Positions 31,706 through 42,942 of a stretch of DNA of 64,000 nucleotides are shown here, piece by piece (the stretch's first letter is position 1; each line of letters opens with the position of its first letter). A model generated the notes under the pieces. That model was given only the letters and a program-made list of their open reading frames with translations. It was not told the DNA's origin and did no database searches. Made by a program: the position numbers and the translations under genes. This DNA is from Waterburya sp. (GTDB lineage Bacteria > Cyanobacteriota > Cyanobacteriia > Cyanobacteriales > Xenococcaceae). The DNA lies in assembly GCA_965217895.1 (NCBI GenBank), contig CBDCJV010000002.1:1568001-1632000 (forward strand). Direction: 5' to 3'.

Positions 31706-32142
31706 CATATCTAAAAATTACAATAGCTAAAATTATTGAATTCCCGTTATTATCATTTCGGGTAATTATTACTAAAAGTCTTATTTCTTCGCATCTGTTG
31801 CAGTGAGCCTCCCCATTCCGAAATTTATTGCCCTAAAGGACTAGCTTCGCGTCGCAAAACATAGTGCATAAATCATCAAATTTTGCCATTAACATTTGCA
31901 GCACTAAAAGGGGTCTGAAACGTAGAAACGTCGTCAAGCCCAAAACCGTCGCAAAAGTTAGTAGTTTTGCAACAATAAAGTTCTACTTAATAGGTTTATC
32001 TTTGGGCGATCGCCTTGGCGACAAGGTGGCTCAGTTTAACACTGTTCGCTACACTCAGTTAAATCCTGCGATCTGTGAGAATTTTTGGCTCGATTAACAA
32101 GTATGCTGACTATTGCTGTGTTTTTTGAGGAAATTAACGCTC

Positions 32143-32322
32143 GTGCCAACTGTAGCGGAAACCGCCTACCCGCGACTTAAAAATCAGGTTAGAGAAAAAG
32201 AGCTAACTAAAATTTATACTCCTACTCTTGAAGAGTTAAATTTAGCCAGTCAACACACTAGAAAAGGAGCAATCAAGCTAGGATTTTTGGTAATGTTGCC
32301 AGAAATTGAAGAAGCAACATAG
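32143..32322 (+). pseudogene. Tn3-family transposase N-terminal fragment (DUF4158-like)
   Basis: VPTVAETAYPRLK...ELTKIYTPTLEEL...KLGFLVML then early stop; GAGG upstream. Confidence 0.75.
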
Positions 32323-32378
32323 TAGTATATATTTACTGTCTAAAACTCAACATTAATGAATTCAAAATCCCCCTTCAA

Positions 32379-32793
32379 ATGGCGACATTTTCTACTGTAG
32401 TAAGAGTGATTAATACAGACAAGGCGAAAGCTTATCCCAAAGCAATCGAAGAGCTAAAAGAATCTGACTTATTACCTGAATCGGTTGAACATCGAGCAGT
32501 TAAATACCTGAATAATTTAATTGAACAAGATCATAGATATACGAAACTGCGGGTTATAACCAGTCAAAACTTTAGGAATTTTTGGACTGCTGGTCGTACC
32601 ATCGCAGGATATGAATCGATGAACATGATTCGTAAAGGACAAATCAAAAATGTAAGACGAGATGAATTTTTAGGTCAGATTAGGTTTATTCATTCTCTAT
32701 TTGGGATAACTGTGTAAATTTGAGAGAAAATCAAATTAATTTAAAGTTTACCTTTATTTTTATTCTTTTGTTTTTTCTTTTCGCAACACTGCC
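32379..32793 (+). mobile_element. IS6-family remnant: transposase C-terminal part (32379-32717) and right terminal IR
   Basis: RVINTDKAKAYP, KYLNNLIEQDHR; end TTTTCGCAACACTGCC (reverse complement GGCAGTGTTGCGAA). Confidence 0.88.
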
Positions 32794-34309
32794 TCTTTTA
32801 GATAAGCTAGAACAAGATCCTAATTGGCAAGGGCTAATTAACTGGTCACAGGTAGGAGTATTGGGTCATTCTCTTGGAGGAACTACCGCCTTATTGCTTG
32901 GGGGTGCTTCCTTGAACTGGAACAGAATTCAGGCTGTATGTCAGGGCGATCGCTTTATTTTTAATGTTTCAATTTTCTTACAGTGTCGGGCTAAGAATCT
33001 ACCCCCAGGAAACTATAATTTGCGCGATTCTCGGATTAAAGGAGTAGTAGCATTAAATCCTGTTGGTAGCCTGCTTTTGGGTCAAGAAGGTATGGGAGAA
33101 ATAGAAATTCCGACTTTAATGGCTGGAGGAACTCAAGACTTTATTGCACCCTTTGTAGACGAACAGGTGCATCCTTTTTTATGGCTAAATACCAAGCATA
33201 AATATTTGGCTACGTTAGTTGGTGGCAATCATGTTTCTAGCACCAGTGAAAATAACTTGGCTGGGGTTGGCGATATGTTCCAAAGTTCTTCGGATCTAGA
33301 TAAAAGCTATTTTAAGGCACTTAGTTTAGGCTTTTTGCAAGCTCATATTCGCAACCGCTCTCAAGATCGATCTTACTTGAAGGCAGCCTATGCCCGTGAA
33401 ATCAGTAAACCAGAACTACCACTACATTTAGTTAACTCCTTGACTCCAGAACAGTTAGAACTAGCCTATGGCGATAAACCTCCCATAGCACCCATTCCTG
33501 AAACTATCGTTACTAGCACTACACGAGAACGTAACGTCCTGGCTGAAATTGAACAGACAGGAGTATTAAAGGTGGCAATGAGAACTGATGCAGCACCGTT
33601 TAGCTATTACCAAGATAATAACTGGGCTGGTTATTGTGCCGACTACGCTGATGCTTTGGGCAAGCAGTTGACAGAACAATTAGATACAAATTCCCCCATT
33701 AAAGCGATCATAATACCTTCATCTTTATCAAATAGATTTGAATTAGTCGAACAAGAAATAGTTCATTTTGAATGTGGTTCAAACTCGATAGACAGCGATC
33801 GCCAAGAAGTTAGCTTTTCCGATCCTATTTTCGCCAGTGGCACTCGTCTTTTGGTTAACAGCAGTAGTATCGATAAATTCGACCTCGATAGTAATTTAGT
33901 AGGATTGAAATTAGGGGTTTTAGACAAAACTACTACCAAACAATTCTTAGAAGAAAACTATCCCGATGCTGAAATAACTAGCTTTGACGGTACGCAAGGT
34001 CGAAGTGAAGGAATACGAGAAATTTACAATGGTCAATTGGATGCTTTCGTAAGCGATGAAGTGCTATTGACAGGGGAATTAGATCGTCAGAATCTTAACT
34101 CAGAAAACTATCAAACCATACCTAAAGATCCTTTAACTTGTGAGTACTATGGCATGATTTTGCCTCCGAACGATCCTCAATGGCGCAATACCATAAATGG
34201 TTTTATTCGCGATCGCAATTCTCGGCAGGTTTTTGATAAGTGGCTAGCAAGTCATTATGCCCAAGCTATTTCTGATTTAGATTACTGCCAAAATCGGCGC
34301 GGTTTATAG
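32720..34309 (+). CDS. 5'-truncated alpha/beta-hydrolase fused to a family-3 (amino-acid ABC) solute-binding domain; first ~25 codons are IS6-derived
   Basis: GHSLGG, GGTQD, GGNH triad; then GVLKVAMRTDAAPFSY, FSDPIFASGTRLL, LDAFVSD. Confidence 0.75.
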   Translation: MRENQINLKFTFIFILLFFLFATLPLLDKLEQDPNWQGLINWSQVGVLGHSLGGTTALLLGGASLNWNRIQAVCQGDRFIFNVSIFLQCRAKNLPPGNYNLRDSRIKGVVALNPVGSLLLGQEGMGEIEIPTLMAGGTQDFIAPFVDEQVHPFLWLNTKHKYLATLVGGNHVSSTSENNLAGVGDMFQSSSDLDKSYFKALSLGFLQAHIRNRSQDRSYLKAAYAREISKPELPLHLVNSLTPEQLELAYGDKPPIAPIPETIVTSTTRERNVLAEIEQTGVLKVAMRTDAAPFSYYQDNNWAGYCADYADALGKQLTEQLDTNSPIKAIIIPSSLSNRFELVEQEIVHFECGSNSIDSDRQEVSFSDPIFASGTRLLVNSSSIDKFDLDSNLVGLKLGVLDKTTTKQFLEENYPDAEITSFDGTQGRSEGIREIYNGQLDAFVSDEVLLTGELDRQNLNSENYQTIPKDPLTCEYYGMILPPNDPQWRNTINGFIRDRNSRQVFDKWLASHYAQAISDLDYCQNRRGL

Positions 34310-34357
34310 ATATATCAAAGGTTATAAATTTTCAGACACCAAAAACAGCTCGATTTC

Positions 34358-34387
34358 AAGTGTCCGAAAAGTCGTTTTTGGACACTT
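34358..34387. other. Near-perfect 30-bp palindrome, res-site- or operator-like
   Basis: AAGTGTCCGAAAA-gtcg-TTTTTGGACACTT. Confidence 0.5.
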
Positions 34388-34676
34388 ACAAGAGATCTCA
34401 TATATTGTTCAATAAAACGTCCGTATAGTTGAACTTTGTACTATATTAATTAGTATAAAAATGAGCGGACTCTAAAACCATGATCGCATCTCAGATTTCT
34501 AATTTTTCATTTTGCAGATTTTGTTCATTATTGTGGTTTAGTCAATCAAAGTCCAAAATATTATCTTTTAGATGAGATTACTGTACTCAACCAAAAATTA
34601 TAAAGATTTTTGTCTGATATTATTAGTGGGGCGAAAACAAGTCATCCAAACCAGGACGAATTGCTGAAAGATACTC

Positions 34677-35399
34677 GTGGTCAGTGATGTAGGGGGATAT
34701 GGGAGTAAAATTCACGAATCGTTGCCATCCCCCGACTTGTCCGAACAGATTTCAATGGCGGGGAAAGAAGCATCGGGTACGGGTAACATGAAGTTTGCCC
34801 TCAACGGTGGACTAATTATCGGTACTCTTGACGGGGCAAATGTAGAGATTCGCCAGGAAGTAGGAGAGGAGAATTTCTTTTTGTTTGGCTTAAGAAGCGA
34901 TGAAGTAGACGAACTAAAAGCCCAGGGCTACCAACCCTACCAATATTATGAAAATAATAGCGAATTAAAAGCGGTAATAGATTCTCTAGCTGCGGGAGAT
35001 TTCTCTAGAAATAATAAAGAACTATTTCAACCTCTAGTAAATAAACTGCTACATCAAGATCCCTTTTTGTTGCTAGCTGACTATCAATCCTATATCGAAT
35101 GCCAAGAGCGAGTAGATCTGGCGTTCAAAGACCAAAAGAATTGGACGCAAATGTCTATTCTTAATGTAGCGCGGATGGGTAAGTTTTCAAGAGATCGCTC
35201 TATCCGCGAATATTGCCAAGACATCTGGAATACTAGAGCAGTACCAATTAAATTAGCTGAATATTCTCAAAATATCTCCCTTAGAAAACAAGGTAGCAAT
35301 TGGTCAAAAGTCAACAAAGAATATGTAGGTAAATTGCAACAGGCTGGATTAATTCATCAATCAGGTTGGCAAAAAATTGAACAAGCTAAAAAAGATTAA
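34677..35399 (+). pseudogene. glgP: Glycogen phosphorylase C-terminal fragment fused to a YdeI/OmpD-associated family fragment
   Basis: [25 protein letters not shown]...[23 protein letters not shown]; tail [23 protein letters not shown]. Confidence 0.85.
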
Positions 35400-35427
35400 T
35401 CAACATATCAACCGTTCGACATATCGA

Positions 35428-35991
35428 TTACTCCAACAACCACCCGAATAATTCCCCTAAAGTTAATTGAAACGATTTAGCAAAATCGGGAACAGGTAAA
35501 ACATCCTTGGCATCCTCAAAAAATGCTAGTTGTTTTGTGGGATAGTAAGCAAAGATAGACTGTTCGCTAGGATCGATGAGCCATCCTAACTGTGTCCCAT
35601 TATCCAAACAGTGCAGAATATTTTTGGTCACTCTGGTATGATTTTGTTCGGGTGATAAAATCTCAATTGTCCAATCAGGTGCAATTTTGAAAGCGTTAGC
35701 GATACTTCCATCATCATCGCGAGGTATTCTATCCCAGGTAAACACAGCTACATCTGGTACAGTCGAACGCCCACCAAAAGTACATCTTAATTCAGAGAAG
35801 GCACGAGCAGTTTTTGACGGTTTTAAAGCAGCATTTATAGCAGTTGATAGTTCTGTTTGAATTGTGCTGTGTTTTCCTTTCGGCATAGGTTTCTGAAATA
35901 TTTTCCCGTCTATATATTCGCTGGCTGGCTTAGTTTCTGGCAATGCCAAAAACTCTTCTAGGGTAATAAGTTTTGACGGTGTTGTAACCAT
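35428..35991 (-). CDS. Uma2-family endonuclease
   Basis: PETKPASEYIDG, VPDVAV, APDWTIEILSP, GWLIDP. Confidence 0.95.
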   Translation of the reverse strand: MVTTPSKLITLEEFLALPETKPASEYIDGKIFQKPMPKGKHSTIQTELSTAINAALKPSKTARAFSELRCTFGGRSTVPDVAVFTWDRIPRDDDGSIANAFKIAPDWTIEILSPEQNHTRVTKNILHCLDNGTQLGWLIDPSEQSIFAYYPTKQLAFFEDAKDVLPVPDFAKSFQLTLGELFGWLLE

Positions 35992-36196
35992 AATTAGATT
36001 TGGTTAGAGAATACTTCAATGCTTAGTTGTATTTTAAGGTAGATGTTTGAAAGTTTGGAACGAGCGATCGCTTTTAAGAGAAAAAATATCTCATTTCAAC
36101 CACAGCAGTATGTCTGAGTTAGTGTATTTGCTAAAGTTCTATTAACTTTGGACTAATAAATTCAAAATTAAACAATCGCAATCACTACTGCAAATA

Positions 36197-36811
36197 ATGA
36201 CACTTAACATTTATTTCCTTCGACATGGTGAAACTGTTGCTAGCAAGACAGACGAATTTTGCGGATCTTCTGATGTTGAGCTGACCACAGAAGGAATAGT
36301 TATGGCAAAAGACTTTGCCGTAGCATATCAATCTGTAGCTTGGAAGGCTGTCTATTGTAGCCCAATGCGTCGCACTATTGCTACTGCCAAACCTTTATGC
36401 GATTTGCTAGGAATAGAAATGCTGCTGAGAAAGGACTTGAAAGAAATAGACTTTGGCAAATGGGAAGGTAAATCCCAGGCAGATGTTAATCGCCAATTTC
36501 ATGATGATTATCTACGCTGGCAGTCAGAACCTGGTTGGAATGCGCCTCCAGGAGGAGAAAGAGCAATCGATATTGCTCGCCGTAGTTCAGAAGTAATTAA
36601 AGAAATAGAGCAAACTTACCAGAGTGGAAATATATTGATCGTCTCACACAAAGCCACAATTCGGATTATGTTATGTTCTTTATTAGGAATTGATGTCGGA
36701 CATTACCGCGATCGCCTCGATATGCCTGTAGCGGCAGTTAGCGTGGTTGAGCTTACCGCCCACGGTCCATTGCTTAAGAAGTTAGGCGATCGCTCTCATT
36801 TAAATCATTGA
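36197..36811 (+). CDS. Histidine phosphatase (phosphoglycerate mutase) family protein
   Basis: LRHGET, SPMRR, EIDFGKWEG, VSHK. Confidence 0.93.
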   Translation: MTLNIYFLRHGETVASKTDEFCGSSDVELTTEGIVMAKDFAVAYQSVAWKAVYCSPMRRTIATAKPLCDLLGIEMLLRKDLKEIDFGKWEGKSQADVNRQFHDDYLRWQSEPGWNAPPGGERAIDIARRSSEVIKEIEQTYQSGNILIVSHKATIRIMLCSLLGIDVGHYRDRLDMPVAAVSVVELTAHGPLLKKLGDRSHLNH

Positions 36812-36828
36812 ACATTTATCAATCAGTA

Positions 36829-36893
36829 GTAGGGTGGGCAATAAGGCAAATTACAATCTTGCAAAACATCTTGCTGATGCCCTGATGCTCACC
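36829..36893. repeat. REP-like element (GTAGGGTGGGCA family), degenerate right arm
   Basis: GTAGGGTGGGCAA...AAAACATCTTGC...TGCTCACC. Confidence 0.6.
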
Positions 36894-36921
36894 ATTGGTA
36901 TTTATTAGTAATCATCTAATC

Positions 36922-38157
36922 ATGCTTGTTTTAGTTTTCAATGCGGGTTCTAGCAGCCAGAAAAGTTGTCTTTACGATTTTGCTGAATCTATTCCAGAAG
37001 ATCCTTTGCAACCCTTATGGGAGGCTGATATTGACTGGACAGGATCAGAACAAGGGGGCATTCTTACCGTTGAAAGTAACAACGTCAAACAAGAAATTAA
37101 GCTACAAGAGCGAGATACGGCTTTAAAAGTCCTTTTGAATACTTTAATTGAAGGAGAAACCAAGGTTATAGACAGTCTTGATAAGATCGATGTGGTTGGT
37201 CATCGAGTAGTTCACGGTGGGGCAAAATATAGCCAGCCTGTAATTATAGATAATGATGTCAAAAATGCGATCGCCGATCTAATTCCGCTTGCCCCCAGCC
37301 ATAATCCTGCTAATCTTGAAGGAATTAATACCATTGAGAAAATATTACCCGAAATACTCCAGGTAGCAGTTTTTGATACGGCTTTTCATACTACAATTCC
37401 CGAACCTGCTAAAGTTTACCCGATACCCTATAAATATTATGAACAGGGCATTCAACGCTACGGCTTTCACGGTATATCCCATCAGTATTGCGCCCAGCGT
37501 ACAGCCCGAATCTTACAACAGCCCTTAGATTCTCTCAAAATAGTTACCTGTCACTTAGGCAATGGCTGTTCTTTGGCTGCTATTAAAGATGGGGTTTGTA
37601 TTGATACCACGATGGGATTTTCTCCCTTGGAAGGATTAATGATGGGTACGCGCTGCGGTTCAATCGATCCGCAAATTATTATCTATATGATGCAGGAATA
37701 TGGAATGGATGTAGAGGAAATTAACCAAGTACTTAATAAAGAGTCTGGTTTAAAGGGAGTAAGTGGCGTATCCAACGACTTAAGAGCGATCGCCAAAGCA
37801 ATGAGTAACGGTAATATTCAAGCACGGTTGGCTTACGACATTTATCTTCATCGCCTTAAAAAAGCTATAGGTGCAATGGTTGCCAGTCTTAACGGCTTAA
37901 ATGCCTTGGTATTTACAGCGGGGGCAGGAGAAAATCAGAGTTTGCTGCGCTCAAAAACCTGTGAGAGGTTATCTTATTTGGGCTTGCAGCTAGATTTGAC
38001 TAAAAACAATGCCGATCCTGTCGATACTAATATCGCTACTGAAAATTCTCAGGTACAAATACTAGTAATTCATACTCAAGAAGATTGGGCGATCGCTACC
38101 GCAGCTAAAAAAGTAATGTCAAAAGAGGCGATCGCAGCTAGGGGACTAGGGGACTAG
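36922..38157 (+). CDS. ackA: Acetate kinase
   Basis: NAGSSS, GHRVVHGG, FDTAFH, YGFHG, HLGNG, MMGTRCG. Confidence 0.96.
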   Translation: MLVLVFNAGSSSQKSCLYDFAESIPEDPLQPLWEADIDWTGSEQGGILTVESNNVKQEIKLQERDTALKVLLNTLIEGETKVIDSLDKIDVVGHRVVHGGAKYSQPVIIDNDVKNAIADLIPLAPSHNPANLEGINTIEKILPEILQVAVFDTAFHTTIPEPAKVYPIPYKYYEQGIQRYGFHGISHQYCAQRTARILQQPLDSLKIVTCHLGNGCSLAAIKDGVCIDTTMGFSPLEGLMMGTRCGSIDPQIIIYMMQEYGMDVEEINQVLNKESGLKGVSGVSNDLRAIAKAMSNGNIQARLAYDIYLHRLKKAIGAMVASLNGLNALVFTAGAGENQSLLRSKTCERLSYLGLQLDLTKNNADPVDTNIATENSQVQILVIHTQEDWAIATAAKKVMSKEAIAARGLGD

Positions 38158-38187
38158 GGGACTAGGGGACTAGGGGACTAGGGGACT
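38138..38187 (+). repeat. (CTAGGGGA)x6 octamer tandem repeat overlapping the ackA stop
   Basis: Six perfect copies read directly. Confidence 0.95.
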
Positions 38188-38308
38188 GGAGGAACGTTTA
38201 TTTGTATTATTCTTTCTTGGATTTCATATAAACATCCAGTACCGCAGTAGTATAACCGTATAAAGAGCGATTGCTGAGGATGGAATGAGTATAACTCATA
38301 CGCTTGCG

Positions 38309-39397
38309 TTACTTTTTTGATAATCTATTTTTTGCTTTTAATTTGTGAGGAATAAAGCTATTTCTATCTGATTCTGGCTGCCAGCGATCTAAGATATCCT
38401 TAACCATTATTTCTTTGAGCCAAACTTGAGCCACCACAGTAATCGGCAAAGCCAAAAACAAGCCTAAAATACCAAAAAATACAGCAAAAGCTACTTGAGA
38501 AAGTAAAGTAATTGCAGGCAATAAAGATACCTGTTTCTTCATCACAATAGGAGTAAGAATATTGCTTTCAACTTGCTGAATAACAATATAAAGAATAACT
38601 ACGGCTAATGCTTTCCAGGGCGCATCTAATAAAGCCATTGCTGTTGGAGGAACAACACTTAAAACAGGTCCTAAGTTAGGTATAAAGGTTAACATTCCTG
38701 CTAATAGACAGTTTGCCAAAGGTAGCCTAACTCCTAATGCCCATAGTCCAATGCCACTTAGAATAGCAATAACCGCCATGTTAAACAAGATGCCGATTGA
38801 CCAACCTCCCAAATTTTTTTCACACTTTTTTAAAATAGTTTGAATTCGGCGACGATAAAAAGCAGGAAACATCAATAAGAAAATCTGCTTATAAGGAGTA
38901 GGATCGGACAGGAACATAATCGTTACTACTATTACTAGTAATGAATTAAGAACTACTGTTAATGTGCCAGAAAATAGATCGAAGAAATTACTAATTAAGC
39001 CATTTATCCAGGATCTAAGATTTTGAGTTAAAGCTTCTATACCCTGAAAATCTTCAATGAACCTACCTGGTAGTAAATCACGCAGCCATTCATTCCAACC
39101 ATTAAGCTTTTCCAAACCATCAGGAACTAAAGTAACTAGCTCTTTAAATTGTTCGATAAAAGGCGGTATAACTAAAGCTATAAAGCCAATAATAAAGATT
39201 AAAACTCCACCTACGGAAATCGCGATCGCAGTTTTGCGGTTTAACTTAAATTTTGCTTGTAATAGTTTGACAAGTTGATTAATTGCCGTAGCAAATATCA
39301 CCGCAGCAAAAGCTAGTAGCAAAACCTGTTTAATTCGCCACAAAATATAAAGAGCAATTAAAATAGCTAAAAAGCCGACTAAAGTTCCCAAACGCAT
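38309..39397 (-). CDS. AI-2E family transporter
   Basis: TFIPNLGP, QQVESNILTP, GILGLFLALP. Confidence 0.93.
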   Translation of the reverse strand: MRLGTLVGFLAILIALYILWRIKQVLLLAFAAVIFATAINQLVKLLQAKFKLNRKTAIAISVGGVLIFIIGFIALVIPPFIEQFKELVTLVPDGLEKLNGWNEWLRDLLPGRFIEDFQGIEALTQNLRSWINGLISNFFDLFSGTLTVVLNSLLVIVVTIMFLSDPTPYKQIFLLMFPAFYRRRIQTILKKCEKNLGGWSIGILFNMAVIAILSGIGLWALGVRLPLANCLLAGMLTFIPNLGPVLSVVPPTAMALLDAPWKALAVVILYIVIQQVESNILTPIVMKKQVSLLPAITLLSQVAFAVFFGILGLFLALPITVVAQVWLKEIMVKDILDRWQPESDRNSFIPHKLKAKNRLSKK

Positions 39398-39686
39398 AAG
39401 ATAAATTTATTAATACAAGGTTATTGTAATTGAATATAGTTGTCGCCTAATAAACTGTTGTCTTTCTTTAGATTGTCTTTTTTGTCTTGCCAATAAAGCT
39501 TTACAAAGCCAAGCGAGGTTTTAAAACTATGCCAATTTTTGCTAAAGATTATTGCCAAAAGTTATCTGGCTAAAGATATATATTTCTGTAGGCAAAATAA
39601 TTAGATAGATGTAATGATAGAGCCTGTATTAATTTCTCTAATGAGAATAAATGCAGGTACATATTTGAATTTAACTGAATTATTTT

Positions 39687-40790
39687 ATGAACTTAGATTT
39701 TCTCTCCTGGGAATTATTAAACAACAAGCTGGGAGACTATTTACTAGCTCTAGCAATCTTCTTATCCAGTATTATTGTCATTAGAGTATTCAAGCTTTGG
39801 GCATTTAAAAGCTTGAGAAAATGGGCAGCTAAAACTGAAAATATTTATGACGATGCCATCATCAGAATTTTAGAAAAAAATTTCATTCCGATTACTTATA
39901 TTGGTGGTATTTATTTAGCCATTAGCAATTTAACTTTACACCCGATTTTAAGTCGCGTGGTTGAAGTCTTAGTAATTCTCGCCTCAACAATATTGGCTAT
40001 TAAATTACTAACGGCGATCGCCGAATATGCTGTCAAATTATATTGGATTACCTATCACCATGACAATGCCAATATAGAAAGTAGTATTAATGCTTTAGTT
40101 CCCGCAATTAAAGTTGTTGTTTGGTTGATTGGAATTATATTTTTATTAGATAATTTAGGCTTTGATATCTCGGCGGTAGTAGCTAGTTTAGGAATTGGCG
40201 GTGTAGCGATCGCTCTTGCTTCTCAAGGCGTATTACAGGATCTATTTAGCTACTTTTCAATTCTTTTAGATCGCCCTTTTGAGTTAGGAGATTTTATTAT
40301 TGTGGGCGATTATTTGGGTACAGTCGATTATGTGGGTATCAAAACTACAAGGCTAAAAAGCATTAGTGGCGAAGAAATAGTTATTGCTAATACAGATTTA
40401 ACTGGTTCTCGAATTCGCAATTTTAAGCGGATGCGTCAACGTCGAATAGTATTTAAGTTGGGCGTAGTCTACGAAACCAGTACAGAGCAATTAAAGCAAA
40501 TTCCTGCTGTATTAGAGCAAATTGTTAATCGAACTCAACATACAGTTTTCGATCGCACCCACTTTTCGGGCTATGGAGAATATAGCTTAGATTTTGAAGT
40601 AGTCTACTTTATTGATAGTAATGATTACAGCATCTATATGGATGCTCAACAGCAAATTAATTTAGGCATTAAATCTGAATTTGCCAAACGCAAAATTGAG
40701 TTTGCCTATCCAACTCAAACAAATTACTTGGATAGTTTACTTACAGATTTACAAGAAATTGAGTCAGAAATCAAGCAAGTACAAACTTAA
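39687..40790 (+). CDS. MscS-family mechanosensitive channel
   Basis: LGIGGVAIALASQ, DRPFELGDFI, IEFAYPT. Confidence 0.93.
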   Translation: MNLDFLSWELLNNKLGDYLLALAIFLSSIIVIRVFKLWAFKSLRKWAAKTENIYDDAIIRILEKNFIPITYIGGIYLAISNLTLHPILSRVVEVLVILASTILAIKLLTAIAEYAVKLYWITYHHDNANIESSINALVPAIKVVVWLIGIIFLLDNLGFDISAVVASLGIGGVAIALASQGVLQDLFSYFSILLDRPFELGDFIIVGDYLGTVDYVGIKTTRLKSISGEEIVIANTDLTGSRIRNFKRMRQRRIVFKLGVVYETSTEQLKQIPAVLEQIVNRTQHTVFDRTHFSGYGEYSLDFEVVYFIDSNDYSIYMDAQQQINLGIKSEFAKRKIEFAYPTQTNYLDSLLTDLQEIESEIKQVQT

Positions 40791-41020
40791 GATCTTAGTA
40801 TAAGGCGATCGCCCAAAATCGTTTTGAGGAGTATATTCATTCCAATTAATTTCCTTATGGTAGTTTTGTATTGATTGTCAGGTTGAATATTATTTGCTAC
40901 TTGCTATTTGCTACTTGCTACTTTCTTCAAAGACAATCTGGTTGCTATTTAAAATGACTATAAGTGGGGTATTGGGGTGTTTGGGGCGGTGAAGTTTCTA
41001 CTCCATTGTCTAATCTGAAC

Positions 41021-41054
41021 AAAAAAGAGGCAATCTAATCAAAGATTTGCCTCT
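41021..41054 (-). terminator. Intrinsic terminator downstream of groEL
   Basis: AGAGGCAAATCT...AGATTGCCTCT plus T-run on the minus strand. Confidence 0.75.
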
Positions 41055-41116
41055 GAGTTGTAAATTATTTTACTAAGTGCATCATGAGCTAGAAAATGAT
41101 ATCTAGCAAGCAAGGG

Positions 41117-42796
<1,680 letters not shown>

Positions 42797-42833
42797 TTAT
42801 TCGTTAATTCCGCTACATATTCCACTTGCCAAT

Positions 42834-42860
42834 TTAGCACTCATCGAGGACGAGTGCTAA
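42834..42860. promoter_or_regulatory. CIRCE element (HrcA operator)
   Basis: TTAGCACTC-N9-GAGTGCTAA, perfect match. Confidence 0.97.
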
Positions 42861-42895
42861 GCTATATTATCTAAATTTTTGAATTGGTTAGTCTT

Positions 42896-42911
42896 GTAGT
42901 GATTACCGAAA
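42896..42911 (-). promoter_or_regulatory. K-box-like element
   Basis: Minus strand TTTCGG-TAAT-CACTAC versus consensus GTTCGG-NNAN-CCNNAC, upstream of CIRCE. Confidence 0.6.
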
Positions 42912-42942
42912 CATTTACAAGTTTTAAAATGACTATAAAACT

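Noticed and set aside
31864..32097. 77-aa ORF
   Set aside because: No recognisable motif; overlies transposon-end and res-like DNA
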